A stretch of DNA of 50,113 nucleotides from Ascoidea asiatica JCM 7603 (Eukaryota; Fungi; Ascomycota): the NCBI GenBank assembly GCA_001600695.1, contig BCKQ01000033.1, positions 2,043 through 52,155 on the forward strand, read 5' to 3'. The notes beneath the pieces were generated by a model. It did not search any database. It was not told the DNA's origin and worked only from the letters and a program-made list of their open reading frames with translations. This document shows, piece by piece, positions 32,997 through 46,510 of this stretch (the stretch's first letter is position 1; every line of letters starts with the position of its first letter). A program made the translations under genes and the position numbers.

Positions 32997-34106
32997 TTAT
33001 TCACTTGAATCACTTGAATCATATCCAGATAAAATATTACCTAGTTTATTCTCTTTAACTTTCGTTATCTCTTTTTTAATCTTATTCTTTTTAATATATT
33101 CCAATTTCCTTATCTTCTGTCTTTTAGCTTTAACTTTAATTTTCATATCTCTTTGATATTCATTATCATTATCATGATCATTATCATTATCATTGGTATC
33201 ATTATTAAAATTATTTAAAATCTCTTTAACTACATCAATTGCATTTTCTTTTAAATAATTCTCATTTCTTCTTTTTGCAACTGGATTTGGATCTGAATTT
33301 GCCCATCTTATATTTAAACTTTCTATACTATTATCATTATAATTAAAATCATTATTATTATTATTATTATTTGTTAATAAAATTTGATTTGACATTGATT
33401 CTTTACAAAATTGTGCATTAATTTCATATTTAAAAGTTACAAAACAACAATTTTTATCATTAATTATATTAATTCTTTCAATTTCACCAAATTCTTTAAA
33501 ATTTTTAAAAATTAATTCATTTAAATTTAAATTTAAATTTAAATTTTTATAAAATTCTAATTTATTTATATATAATGTTCTATTTTTTATTAAAAAATTT
33601 CCAATTCCATTCATATCTTCTTTATAATTATTAAATTTTTCTCTACCAAAACAATCTTTTGAAATTAAATTATTTAAATTAAAATTAATTTTTTTTAAAA
33701 ATAAATTTTCAAAATTTAAATTATAATTAAAATTTGGTAAAAAATGTAAAAATTTACAATTTTTACCTTTAAAACAACATCCTCTTGCAAAATATAAACA
33801 AATAAATGGTTTTTGAAAATTTGTTATTCCAGAATCTTTTAATATTGAACATCTAAATGGTGATATTTTATTATGAAAATTCTTATTTTTTAAATTTTCT
33901 CCCCAATTATAATACCATATATTAAATATATTACCATTTTGTTCTGGAATATTTTTTGCTTCAATTATTGATTGTTCAATTTGAACTCTTGCTGGTTTTT
34001 TAGTTATATCTTCTTTTTCATCCTTTTTTATTATAATTTGATTCTCAGATACTTCATTTTGGTGTCTTTTCTTCTCAAGACCATTCTCATGTATCTCTAA
34101 CTCCAT
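32997..34106 (-). CDS. CWC2: Pre-mRNA splicing factor Cwc2 (Torus/CCCH zinc finger + RRM)
   Basis: KPARVQ, FNIWYYNW, FRCSILKDSGIT, CLYFARGCCFKGKNCKFLH, DCFGREKF..YKEDMNGIG.F, NAQFCKESMSNQ, LNIRWANSDPNP. Confidence 0.93.
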   Translation of the reverse strand: MELEIHENGLEKKRHQNEVSENQIIIKKDEKEDITKKPARVQIEQSIIEAKNIPEQNGNIFNIWYYNWGENLKNKNFHNKISPFRCSILKDSGITNFQKPFICLYFARGCCFKGKNCKFLHFLPNFNYNLNFENLFLKKINFNLNNLISKDCFGREKFNNYKEDMNGIGNFLIKNRTLYINKLEFYKNLNLNLNLNELIFKNFKEFGEIERINIINDKNCCFVTFKYEINAQFCKESMSNQILLTNNNNNNNDFNYNDNSIESLNIRWANSDPNPVAKRRNENYLKENAIDVVKEILNNFNNDTNDNDNDHDNDNEYQRDMKIKVKAKRQKIRKLEYIKKNKIKKEITKVKENKLGNILSGYDSSDSSE

Positions 34107-34702
34107 TATTGTCTATCAATTAGTATCTCTTTGATTATCTCTTCTTCTCTGTCTCCATCATCACCACTTTCATCACTTTCACCATCTTCTTCTTCTTCTT
34201 CTTCTTCTTCTTCCTCTTGTTTTTGTTTTATTCCCGAAAGAAATAATTTTTTTAAATTCAAAACAAGAAAGTCACCTGATATAATGGTATCCATCTTTTT
34301 GGTTGTTGTACCAGCCTTACTAAGCCACGTTTACAAATTCACCATCCACACTCGCGTATTTCAGTATTACGTAACTGCACCTGACCAAAACCATTCAACA
34401 TTCTGCTTCTTCTCTGCTCGCTTCTTCATTATCGCCTTTATCACCTTTTATCTTTATTGTCTCTTGTTTATTCTTCCACTTTCAAATAAACATTAACATT
34501 AACATTAACATTACAATAAAAATATTAAACTTCTCCTGAAGCTAGCTAATCATTATCAATAAATATAAATATAAATATAAACATAATAACAATAATAACA
34601 ATACTATATCTATCACTCTTTTAATCAAATAATACTACTGGATAATAAATATCCAAGAATAATTATATTATCATATCTTAATAGTTATTCCAATCTATAG
34701 TA

Positions 34703-37700
34703 ATGAATCAATCTGATCTAGTTCATTTAAATACAAATTTATCTCTTTTAAATCTACAAAATAATAATCAAATCAGTAATGGAAATAACCTAAATATTAA
34801 AAATAATTCAAAATTTATAAATATAAATGATAATATATCTCAAATTAATACACCTAATCATATAATTAATCATATAAATTCCAATGTCAATAATAATATC
34901 AATAATCAAAATCATATTCAGGATATAAATCAAAATTCAAATATTAATATTGATTCTATTAGCGCCTCATCAGATGATTCAAATAATTCAATCAATTCAA
35001 TAAATTCATTTAATTCAAAAAATAATATAATAAAAGATCAAAATAAAGAAAATATTGAAAATGGTCAAAATTATATTAAAATCTTATCAAAATTATCTGA
35101 ACAAAGATTTATAACTTGGGAATTATATTGGAATTTAGATTCAAATTTTTTAAAAAATTCAAATAATTATATCATTAATCAAAATCATGATTTATTTAAA
35201 TTAATTGTAAATCAAATACCATTTTTAAATAATATAAATTCATTTATTTTAAAAGCTGGTAATAATTTCCTTTTACAAAATGATGATATAATTTATCCAT
35301 ATAATAAACAAATTTTTTATAATAAATTTTTTTTATCTTTTAAACAAATTATTAAATTTCATAAAAATCATATAATTATACCTTTTATAAATTTAATTCA
35401 TAATTCAATTCCAAATATTAAACCATTTATGAATATTAATGAAATTTTAACTTATTTTTTAATAAATTCAAATCAATCTTTAAAATATTGGATAATATTA
35501 ATTAATAATTTTATAGAAATTAAATTTTTTATAAAATTATATAATTTAATTCCAAATTTTCCTGAATTTAAAATTTTTAATAATCGTTTTGAAAAATTTT
35601 ATAATTGGATTAATAATTTATCAATAAATTCAAATGAAATAATTTTTTCAACAGAAATTTTTTTAAAAATTTTAGATAATCCAATTGAAATTTTATATGA
35701 AAATCTTTTAATTTTAAAAAATTTAACTTTAAATTATATTAATGAATCAATTTATTTAAAATCTTTTAATATTTATTTAAATTTTTTAAATTCAATTGAA
35801 AAAAATTTAAAATTTTCAAATACTTTTGCAATGTTAAAATTTTTAGATTATAATTTTAATAATTTAATTTTAAATAATTTTAAAAATTTTAATCATTATT
35901 ATATAACTATAATTCCAGTATTATCAACAAATCAATCAAATCAAACAAAAAATTTACCTCCACAAAGTTTAAGTAGAAAACCTTCATTTAGTACAAATTA
36001 TTTTATAATTTTATTCTCAAATTTCTTATTCATTGCAAGTTTTAATCAATCAAGTTATAAATTTAAACCAATTCATGATCCAATACCTTTAGAAAATCTT
36101 TTAATTAAAAAATATTTTGAACAAGATCAATGTTTTACAAAAATTGGTTTTATTAATGATTTTGATAATAAAATTTATAATAATATGATTAATATTAATA
36201 ATAAGAATGACAATACATCTAATACTACTACCTCCAATACTACTACTAATACTCCTAATAATACTCCTAATAATATAATCAATGTACATGATATAAATAA
36301 AATACATTTAAATTCAAGTAAAATTAAAACTAAAAATGAATTCATATGTTTTATAAAAGATTTTAATTTTGAATTTCAAGAACATTTTCTTTCAATTAAT
36401 TATAATTATGCTGATAAAATATTTTATCCATATGGAATTATTAATGATGATGATGATGATGATGATAATGAAGAAACTTTACAAAATGAAAATTTAATTA
36501 TTGAAAAAATTATTAATAATAATTGGAGATCATATTATTATTCATCTTTAGAAAATGATACTGAAGTTAAATATTTTCAAAAATTAGATATTAATATTAG
36601 AACTCAACAATCTATAATTTACGATATTATTAAACGTCAACTTTCTTATTATTCTTTTCTAAAAACTTTTATTGAAGATGGTTCTTTAGAAGAAGAAGAA
36701 GAAGATAATAATCAATCTATTTTCTCTCCATATCCAAATGATTTAGTTTCTTATCAATTATTTAATAATTTAGATGATAATATTTTTACAAAATTTAAAT
36801 ATGAATTAATAATTCCATTAATTGATTTAATTTTAAAATCAAAAGGTTCATTAATTAATATACAAAAATTTTTCATTTATTTTAATAATTGGTATTCAAA
36901 TTCATTAAATTATTGGAAAAAATTTTTAATAAAATTTTCTGATATAAGTTTTTTATTAAAATTTTCAAAATTTATTAAAAATTCAAGTATTGAAAATAAT
37001 TCCAAAAATTTTCTATCATTATTATTTCAATTTTTAAATGAAGTTAAAGAATATATGATTAGTATTTTTGTTATTACTCCAAATTATATTAATGAAGATT
37101 GTTTAATGAATGAAATCGAATTTAATAATTTTTTAATTAAACCATATTATTCTATTAATGATAATATAAAATTATTTTCAAAATTATTAAATGGAAATTT
37201 ATCACAAATTTCAAAACAAATAATTTTATCAATAAAAAAATTAAATTTAGATTTAGATTTATTTTATCTAAAATTTGAAACTGAAACAATTTTTAAAATT
37301 TTAGGTTTAAAATTACCAATTAAAGAAATTTCAAATATTAAAAAACCATATTTAGAAAAAATTTATAAAGGTAGAATTTCAAGTAAAAAATATCCTGAAG
37401 ATTTTAAAGATTCTGAAATTATTTATTGTTTAAAAGATAATATAATAACATTAAAAAATCAAATTGTATTTTTTATAATTTTTGAAAAATTTATTATAAC
37501 AGAAATTGATTTAGAAAATTATCATTTTACAACACTTGAAATAATTGAATTAAAAAATTTAAAAATTAAACAATATTCAAGTTTTTTATTTGAATCAAAA
37601 ATTTTAACAAATATAAGTATAATTGATAAAGAAAAAATAGATATTCATAATAATGAAATTTATAATAATGATTTAGATAATAATTTATATACAATAATTG

Positions 37701-37735
37701 ATTGTGGTAAAGAATTTTTAGAAACTTATTGTTAA
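34703..37735 (+). CDS. Hypothetical protein, 1010 aa; apparent internal duplication of a degenerate Rom/Tus1-like DH-PH module
   Basis: 3 kb ORF. QQSIIYDII resembles DH conserved region 1, FNNFLIKP resembles region 3, and ILFSNFLFIAS...YKFKPIHDPIPLENLLI resembles the Rom-type PH. The ORF is well supported; the domain call is tentative. Confidence 0.65.
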   Translation: MNQSDLVHLNTNLSLLNLQNNNQISNGNNLNIKNNSKFININDNISQINTPNHIINHINSNVNNNINNQNHIQDINQNSNINIDSISASSDDSNNSINSINSFNSKNNIIKDQNKENIENGQNYIKILSKLSEQRFITWELYWNLDSNFLKNSNNYIINQNHDLFKLIVNQIPFLNNINSFILKAGNNFLLQNDDIIYPYNKQIFYNKFFLSFKQIIKFHKNHIIIPFINLIHNSIPNIKPFMNINEILTYFLINSNQSLKYWIILINNFIEIKFFIKLYNLIPNFPEFKIFNNRFEKFYNWINNLSINSNEIIFSTEIFLKILDNPIEILYENLLILKNLTLNYINESIYLKSFNIYLNFLNSIEKNLKFSNTFAMLKFLDYNFNNLILNNFKNFNHYYITIIPVLSTNQSNQTKNLPPQSLSRKPSFSTNYFIILFSNFLFIASFNQSSYKFKPIHDPIPLENLLIKKYFEQDQCFTKIGFINDFDNKIYNNMININNKNDNTSNTTTSNTTTNTPNNTPNNIINVHDINKIHLNSSKIKTKNEFICFIKDFNFEFQEHFLSINYNYADKIFYPYGIINDDDDDDDNEETLQNENLIIEKIINNNWRSYYYSSLENDTEVKYFQKLDINIRTQQSIIYDIIKRQLSYYSFLKTFIEDGSLEEEEEDNNQSIFSPYPNDLVSYQLFNNLDDNIFTKFKYELIIPLIDLILKSKGSLINIQKFFIYFNNWYSNSLNYWKKFLIKFSDISFLLKFSKFIKNSSIENNSKNFLSLLFQFLNEVKEYMISIFVITPNYINEDCLMNEIEFNNFLIKPYYSINDNIKLFSKLLNGNLSQISKQIILSIKKLNLDLDLFYLKFETETIFKILGLKLPIKEISNIKKPYLEKIYKGRISSKKYPEDFKDSEIIYCLKDNIITLKNQIVFFIIFEKFIITEIDLENYHFTTLEIIELKNLKIKQYSSFLFESKILTNISIIDKEKIDIHNNEIYNNDLDNNLYTIIDCGKEFLETYC

Positions 37736-37904
37736 ATTTTAGATATATAAATTATGTAATTATTAAAAATGTATATTAATTAACTTGTAATTAATATTGT
37801 AGATTAATAATAATTGAATAATATTAATAGGTTTAATATAAATAGGTTTAATATAAAAATGAAATAATTAATTTTTTTTTTAAAACGGAAAAACAAAAAA
37901 AATA

Positions 37905-37998
37905 GGCCCGACGCGGGGCTCGAACCCGCAACCTTCTGATAACTTTTCTAATACTTTAGTTTAAGAGTCAAATGCACTACCGATTATGCTAGCCAGGC
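37905..37998 (-). tRNA. tRNA-Lys(CUU) with 21-nt intron (37941-37961)
   Basis: GCCTGGC/GTCGGGC acceptor; D arm TAGCATAATCGGTAGTGC; anticodon stem TTTGA/TCAGA with CT-CTT-A; T arm GCGGG-TTCGAGC-CCCGC; T-run terminator. Confidence 0.95.
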
Positions 37999-38262
37999 GA
38001 AAGACGATTATTTTTGCAAATTCGATTGATACAGGAAAATAGGATAAAAAGAATTTAGTATGACGGAACATCAAGAAGCTACGAATTAGAATGATAATAT
38101 ATTTTAATTTATAAATTAGTTATATATTTTAGAAATAACATAGATAATAGATAGTAGATAAAAGATAAGAAAAACGAGATAAATTAAATAAGAAGTGAAG
38201 ATTGAGATAAATATATTAAATTAAATTAAATTAAATTGGATTAAATTGGATTAAATTGGATT

Positions 38263-39492
<1,230 letters not shown>

Positions 39493-40451
39493 TTATTTTA
39501 TTTGATATAGAGATTGATTGATTAGGATAAAGATAAGATAAGATAACTAATCTATTATTATTTTATTATTTTATTTATATGGGAAATTGCAAATATAATA
39601 CAATATAATTATAATTACGATACAATTACAATTACAATTAGTGTTATATTTGTGTTAAAAAGGATGGTTTTAAAGAAGATGAAAGAGAAAAAGGCGATGG
39701 ATGTGAGAGATAATGATAGATAATGAGGAAATGAGCACTATTTATACCAAGAGTAATGGCAGTGATGGGAGTGTAATTAATAAAGAGCACCCATTGGCCC
39801 TGGAGTGGCGCCAGTGGCGATTATCGTTATCAGCGCAGCTTCAGCAGTAGCAGCAGTAGTTAAGAGCGTGTTGGTTAATGGTCAATGGAGTAATACAGCA
39901 ACAGAGAAATAATAATAGTAAGAAAGCAGTGATGTGATTGCAGTGCTGGGGGGCAAATCGCAAAAACAGGTTTAATTGAAAAACAGTCAGGTGACAAACA
40001 GGTCGGGATTAACTTACTATCAGGATTACTTAAAACGGATACCTTTATAATCAGGATTGCTTACACCAGGATATATCACGTGTATTTTTAATCACGAGGT
40101 ATAAACGGTCACCTGACACATATACGAGATTTTGCTGTGATTGGCCATCTCCGGGAGCAGTTTCCGATGAGAAATGACCCGCTGGACTGGCTTCGCTTCG
40201 AACCTAAACCTCGAGATTCATATATTTATTGAAAATTTATCACTTTTACTCATACTCTTTTTTTTTTTTATTGAATTTCTACCCATTATTTATTTATTAC
40301 TTTTATTATTTTATATTTAAAGTATCAAAAAAACTTTCGAAGATATTTTCTTTTTAAAAGAATTGGATTGAAATTATCCAGAATATAATATATAATCTTC
40401 ATTATATATAATCTCCAATATATATATATTGTCTCCAATAATATATTAATA

Positions 40452-43400
40452 ATGTCTTCATCTCAATCTTCTGATTCAAAAACTGATATCTTAATATTAC
40501 CAGGTCCACAAGCTTTATCATCTTTTAGAATTAATAATTTAATAAAAGTAATAAGTAGCAATATAGCCAAAGATTCAAATAATAATAATAATAATGATTT
40601 AAAATTAACTAAAATTCAATCATCTTTTATTCATTATATTTCTTTAAATATCAAAAAAGAAAAAATTTCAAATTCAGATTTAATTAAAGTTAAAAATTTA
40701 TTAAATTATGATAATTTTGATTTAAATTTTAATAATTATTTATCAAATAATATTTTCAATCAATATCAATCAACTGAAATAGATCAATTAAATTTAGATA
40801 AAAATCAAATTTCAATTACAATCTTACCAAGATCTGGTACTATTTCTCCATGGTCTTCAAAAGCAACTAATATTTCAAATGTTTGTGGGTTTAATTCAAT
40901 AATTAATAGAATTGAAAGAGGTTTAACTCTTCTTTTAACATTTAATAAAAATATTAATAATTCAACTATTTCTACAATTCATTCAAATTTAATCTCAAAT
41001 AATTCAATTTTTGATAAAATGACTCAAACTTTATCTATTAATAATTTACCAAATTTTAAAGAAATTTTATTTAAATTTAATAATCCAAAAAATTTTAATG
41101 AAATTGATTTAAAAAATTTAAAATTTCAAAATATTAATTTAGGTTTATCATTAAATGATTTTGAAATTAATTATATAATTAAAAATTTTAAAAATTTTTT
41201 AAAAAGAAATACTATAAATGATATTGAATTATTTATGTTTGCTCAAGTTAATTCAGAACATTGTAGACATAAAATTTTTAATGCAAATTGGTTTATTAAT
41301 AATATTAAAAAAAATAATTCATTATTTAAAATGATTAAAAATACTCATAATTTAAATAATTTTAATAATAATACTTTAAGTGCATATTCTGATAATGCTG
41401 CTGTTTTTAAAGGTAATAAAGCTTATTTTTATTCTCCTGATTTAAATAATAATAATATTTGGTCTTCAAATTTAGAATTAATTAATACTTTAATTAAAGT
41501 TGAAACTCATAATCATCCAACTGCAGTAAGTCCATTTCCTGGTGCTGCAACTGGTTCTGGTGGTGAAATTAGAGATGAAGCTGCTGTTGGTAAAGGTTCA
41601 AAAACTAAAGCAGGTTTATCTGGTTTTAATGTTTCTGATTTAAATATTCCTGGTTTTATACAACCTTGGGAATTAAATTTAGGTAAACCAAATCATATTG
41701 CATCTTCTTTAAATATAATGATTGAAGCTCCTTTAGGTTCTGCAGCTTTTAATAATGAATTTGGTAGACCTTGTATTAATGGTTATTTTAGAACTTTAAC
41801 AACAAAAGTTTTAAATAATGATAATGTTTTAGAATATAGAGGTTATCATAAACCAATTATGATTGCTGGTGGTTTAGGTGCAATTAGATCTAATTTAACT
41901 TTAAAAGATAAAAGTATTAAACCAGATGATTTAATTATTGTACTTGGTGGTGAATGTATGTTAATTGGTTTAGGTGGTGGTGCAGCATCTTCAAAATCTT
42001 CTGATGAAAAATCTGCTGATTTAGATTTTGCTTCTGTTCAAAGAGGTAATCCTGAAATGCAAAGACGTTGTCAACAAGTTATAGATTCTTGTGTTTCATT
42101 AGATTTAAAAAATCCAATAAAAAGTATTCATGATGTTGGTGCAGGAGGTTTATCAAATGCTTTACCTGAATTAGTTTATGATAATGATTTAGGTGCAATT
42201 TTTGAATTAAGAAATATTTTATCTTTAGAACCTGGAATGTCACCAATGGAAATTTGGTGTAATGAATCTCAAGAAAGATATGTTTTAGGTATAGATCCAA
42301 AAGATTTAAAATTTTTTGAAAATTTATGTAAAAGAGAAAGAGCACCATTTGCAGTTGTTGGTAAAGCAACTTTAGAAAAAAAATTAATTTTAAAAGATAG
42401 TTTATTCAATACAACACCAATTGACTTAGAAATGTCATTTTTATTTGGTAAAGCACCAAAATTAGAAATTAATACAAAAATTGAACCATTAAATTTAAGT
42501 AAAGAAAATTATAATATTTTTAATAATGATATTAATGAAGCTTTAAGAAGAGTTTTAAAATTACCTTCAGTTGGTTCAAAATCTTTTTTAATTACAATTG
42601 GTGATAGATCAGTTACAGGTTTAATTGATAGAGATCAATTTGTTGGACCATGGCAAACACCAGTTTCAAATGTTGGTGTAACTGGAACATCATTAAGTCC
42701 TGAAGGTATTGTAATAAAAACTGGAGAAGCTTTAGCTATGGGAGAAAAACCAACTTTAGCAATGATTTCAGCTTCGGCATCAGCAAAAATGGCAGTTGCA
42801 GAATCTTTATTAAATATTTTTAGTTCAAATATTACAGATATTAGAAATGTTAAATTATCAGCAAATTGGATGGCAGCAGCATCACATAAAGGTGAAGGAG
42901 CTAAATTATATGAAGCAGTTGAAGCTATTGGATTAGATTTATGTCCAGCATTAGGAATTTCAATACCAGTTGGTAAAGATTCAATGTCAATGAAAATGAA
43001 ATGGGATAATAAAGAAGTTGTATCACCATTATCAGTTGTTATAACAGCATTTGGACCAGTTGAAGATACATCATTAACATGGACTCCAGAATTAAAAAAT
43101 AAAGAAGATACATTATTAATTTTAGTTGATTTATCAATTGATTATAAAAAAAAATTAGGTGGATCAGCATTATTACAAGTTTATGGAGAAATTGGTAATG
43201 AAGTACCAGATATTCATGATTCAAGAATTTTAAAAAATTTTATTAATAGTTTAATTGATTTACATAAAGAAAAAGATTTAATTTTAGCATATCATGATAG
43301 ATCAGATGGTGGATTAATTATTACATTATTAGAAATGGCATTTGCAGGTAGAGTTGGATTAGATATTAATATATTTAATGAAAATAAAGAAAATAAATTT

Positions 43401-44582
43401 GAAATTTTATTTAATGAAGAATTAGGAGCAGTATTTCAAATTAAATTAAATGATTATGAAATTTTTGAAAAAATTTTAAATAATAATGGAATTGGATCAG
43501 ATTTTATTCAAATTATTGGTAAACCAAATTTAAATAGAGTTTCTAAACAAAATATTTTAATTTCAATTAATAATGAATTAATTATTGAAGAAAATAGAGG
43601 AGAATTACAACAAATTTGGTCAAAAACATCATATGAAATTCAAAAAATTAGAGATAATCCAAAAAGTGCAAAAGAAGAATTTGAAAATATTTTAGATGAT
43701 AAAGATCCTGGATTATTTTTTGATTTAAAATATGATTTTAAAAATAATTTAAATTCATTTACAAGTAAACCAAAAGTTGCAATTTTAAGAGAACAAGGAG
43801 TTAATGGACAACAAGAAATGGCATGGTGTTTTGAACAAGCTGGATTTATTTCAATTGATGTTCATATGACAGATTTATTAAATAAAAATATTAATTTAGA
43901 TGAATTTGTTGGAATTGCAGCATGTGGAGGATTTAGTTATGGAGATGTTTTAGGAGCTGGAAATGGATGGGCAAGTTCAGTTTTATATCATGAAGAAATT
44001 AAAAAAGAATTTAAGAAATTTTTTAAAGAAAGAAAAGATACATTTGCATTTGGAGCATGTAATGGATGTCAATTTTTAAGTAATATTGCAAATAATGGAG
44101 AAATTATTCCAGGTACAGAAAATTGGCCATTATTTAAAAGAAATGAATCTGAACAATATGAAGCAAGAGTTTGTATGGTTAAAATTGAAGAATGTTCAAA
44201 GATTAATAAAGATGTTAAAGAGAGTATATTTTTAAATGGAATGGAAGGATCTAAATTACCAATTGCAGTTGCACATGGAGAAGGTAAAGTAACATTTAAA
44301 AATAAAGAAGAATTTAAAAATTTTGAAAATGAAGGATTAGTTGCAATTAGATTTATTAATAATTATGGAAAAGTTACAGAAAGATATCCATTTAATCCAA
44401 ATGGATCACCAAATGGTATAACTGGTATTAAAACACCAAATGGTAGAGTTTTAGCCATGATGCCACATCCTGAAAGAGTTTGTAGAAAAGAAGCAAATTC
44501 TTGGTATCCAAGTGAGGAAGATTGGGGAGATTATGGACCTTGGATTGAATTATTTAGATCTGCAAGAAGATGGGTTAATTAG
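40452..44582 (+). CDS. ADE6: Phosphoribosylformylglycinamidine synthase (large PurL)
   Basis: [70 protein letters not shown]. Confidence 0.98.
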   Translation: MSSSQSSDSKTDILILPGPQALSSFRINNLIKVISSNIAKDSNNNNNNDLKLTKIQSSFIHYISLNIKKEKISNSDLIKVKNLLNYDNFDLNFNNYLSNNIFNQYQSTEIDQLNLDKNQISITILPRSGTISPWSSKATNISNVCGFNSIINRIERGLTLLLTFNKNINNSTISTIHSNLISNNSIFDKMTQTLSINNLPNFKEILFKFNNPKNFNEIDLKNLKFQNINLGLSLNDFEINYIIKNFKNFLKRNTINDIELFMFAQVNSEHCRHKIFNANWFINNIKKNNSLFKMIKNTHNLNNFNNNTLSAYSDNAAVFKGNKAYFYSPDLNNNNIWSSNLELINTLIKVETHNHPTAVSPFPGAATGSGGEIRDEAAVGKGSKTKAGLSGFNVSDLNIPGFIQPWELNLGKPNHIASSLNIMIEAPLGSAAFNNEFGRPCINGYFRTLTTKVLNNDNVLEYRGYHKPIMIAGGLGAIRSNLTLKDKSIKPDDLIIVLGGECMLIGLGGGAASSKSSDEKSADLDFASVQRGNPEMQRRCQQVIDSCVSLDLKNPIKSIHDVGAGGLSNALPELVYDNDLGAIFELRNILSLEPGMSPMEIWCNESQERYVLGIDPKDLKFFENLCKRERAPFAVVGKATLEKKLILKDSLFNTTPIDLEMSFLFGKAPKLEINTKIEPLNLSKENYNIFNNDINEALRRVLKLPSVGSKSFLITIGDRSVTGLIDRDQFVGPWQTPVSNVGVTGTSLSPEGIVIKTGEALAMGEKPTLAMISASASAKMAVAESLLNIFSSNITDIRNVKLSANWMAAASHKGEGAKLYEAVEAIGLDLCPALGISIPVGKDSMSMKMKWDNKEVVSPLSVVITAFGPVEDTSLTWTPELKNKEDTLLILVDLSIDYKKKLGGSALLQVYGEIGNEVPDIHDSRILKNFINSLIDLHKEKDLILAYHDRSDGGLIITLLEMAFAGRVGLDINIFNENKENKFEILFNEELGAVFQIKLNDYEIFEKILNNNGIGSDFIQIIGKPNLNRVSKQNILISINNELIIEENRGELQQIWSKTSYEIQKIRDNPKSAKEEFENILDDKDPGLFFDLKYDFKNNLNSFTSKPKVAILREQGVNGQQEMAWCFEQAGFISIDVHMTDLLNKNINLDEFVGIAACGGFSYGDVLGAGNGWASSVLYHEEIKKEFKKFFKERKDTFAFGACNGCQFLSNIANNGEIIPGTENWPLFKRNESEQYEARVCMVKIEECSKINKDVKESIFLNGMEGSKLPIAVAHGEGKVTFKNKEEFKNFENEGLVAIRFINNYGKVTERYPFNPNGSPNGITGIKTPNGRVLAMMPHPERVCRKEANSWYPSEEDWGDYGPWIELFRSARRWVN

Positions 44583-44914
44583 CCAATATAATATTGTGAG
44601 TAATATTGGATTTTGTTTATGACTGTATATATTTTTATTATTTTATATTCTTTTTTTACTTTTTTATTATCTTTATTATCTTTATTATACTTTTATTCCA
44701 TTAGTTTATTCATATTCATATTCTTTAATCTTTAATCTTTATTTTGTATTTTGTATTCTGATTCTTCTAATTCACCTTCTTCGGTAACTCGGTAACTCGG
44801 TAACTCAATAGTTTACAGTGGTCAGGTGACTGTACTTTCACGTGCTCTATTATACAGCATATTATCTTATATCCTCACTAAATCCGATGATAACAATCAA
44901 TTGCTTTTATTTGT

Positions 44915-44980
44915 AATTGTTAGGCAATTGTTAGGCAATTGTTAGGCAATTGTTAGCCAAATGTTAGCCAAATGTTAGTA
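44915..44980. repeat. 11-bp minisatellite (AATTGTTAGGC / AAATGTTAGCC)
   Basis: About six degenerate tandem units are visible. Confidence 0.8.
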
Positions 44981-45391
44981 ATGATTGAGTAATGTTTAGT
45001 AATAACCATGCAAAGAGTACCACATATCTAGTCTTTCTTTTATTTATACTGTATTATCCAATTAGCGCACTGCATCGCCTGCTTACAACCCTTTTTTATC
45101 ACCAGTTCACTAAATATCTATGGTTAAATTAAAGGTTTTAATACAATTTCATCGGAAATGGCTTACGAATAATTATCAAATTATTATTAAAGCATTATTA
45201 AAGGATTAATATTAATAATGATTATTATTTTATTAGTAAATGATGATTGTAATTGAATTAAATTAATCATTATATTATTCAATTCAAAAATCAATTGGTA
45301 TTTATTCATCAATATATCTTTGTTTTTTAATCTCAATATATTATGATCAATCTATAAATATAAATATTTAATATAAAAAAATAATCTTTAG

Positions 45392-46510
45392 ATGAGATTA
45401 TCAACATTTATAATATCTTCATTAGTTATAATTTTAGCATTGTTTTCAAATAAATTTTCAAAATTTTTTAATCTTATTATTAAAAATAATAAAATTGTTA
45501 ATAATAGTAATAAAAATAATTCAATTAATAAAAATAATAATCTAATTAATAAAAGCTTAGATTTCAATATGACAATACCTCCAGTTTATTTTTTTTCTCA
45601 TGGTGGTCCAACTTTTATGTATGGTAATGATGAATATGGTGCAGATAAAGGTGCATATAAAACAACTCAAAAAATTGGTTTAAATATTTTTAATAAAATT
45701 AAACCAGATTATATAATTGTAATTTCTGCACATTGGGAATCAAATTCAAATGATCAATTTAATATTCAAATACCTGAAGATACTTTAAATAAAGATCCTT
45801 TAGAAAATTCATTAATTTATGATTTTTATGGATTTCCTGATTATATGTATAAAGAAAAATTTAAATCTTTTAATAATTTAAATTTTGCTAAAAAAATTAA
45901 TAATTTATTAATTTCAAATAATTTAAATTCAAAAATTGTTAAAAGAGGTATTGATCATGGTACTTGGGTACCATTAAAAGTTGCTTTTGATTCAAATAAT
46001 TTAAATTTAGATAAAAATATACCTTTAATTCAAATATCTTTAGTTAATTCAAATTCTTTATCTTTTGATATTCATTATAAATTTGGTAAAATTTTATCAA
46101 ATTTAAGAATCTCTGATAATGTTTTAATTTTATGTAGTGGAATGTCAACTCATAATTTAAGAGATATGAGTAAATCAATATATTCTGGTAAGAAATATTT
46201 AGATTATGTACCAAAATTTAATTCTTTAGTTTCAAATATTTTAATTAATAATAAAGGTTCAGATAGATTAAAAGGTTTTAAAGAAATGGTTGAAAATGAT
46301 AATACTAGAAGTTTATTATATAATGCTCATCCTACTTTAGAACATTTTATGCCAATAATTGTTGCTGCAGGTGCTGGTGAAAATGATAATGTTAAAGAAT
46401 TATATACAAGTTCTACTGGTTCTCTTGGATGGAATATATATGAATTCTCCAGAACTTCTGAAGAAATCAATAAAGATGCTAAAGATGATTCCACTTCTAG
46501 TAACTTATAA
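45392..46510 (+). CDS. LigB-family (class III, 4,5-DOPA-dioxygenase-like) extradiol ring-cleavage dioxygenase
   Basis: FFSHGGP, VISAHWE, IYDFYGFP, RGIDHGTWVPL, SGMSTHNLRD, AHPTLEHFMP. Confidence 0.92.
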   Translation: MRLSTFIISSLVIILALFSNKFSKFFNLIIKNNKIVNNSNKNNSINKNNNLINKSLDFNMTIPPVYFFSHGGPTFMYGNDEYGADKGAYKTTQKIGLNIFNKIKPDYIIVISAHWESNSNDQFNIQIPEDTLNKDPLENSLIYDFYGFPDYMYKEKFKSFNNLNFAKKINNLLISNNLNSKIVKRGIDHGTWVPLKVAFDSNNLNLDKNIPLIQISLVNSNSLSFDIHYKFGKILSNLRISDNVLILCSGMSTHNLRDMSKSIYSGKKYLDYVPKFNSLVSNILINNKGSDRLKGFKEMVENDNTRSLLYNAHPTLEHFMPIIVAAGAGENDNVKELYTSSTGSLGWNIYEFSRTSEEINKDAKDDSTSSNL

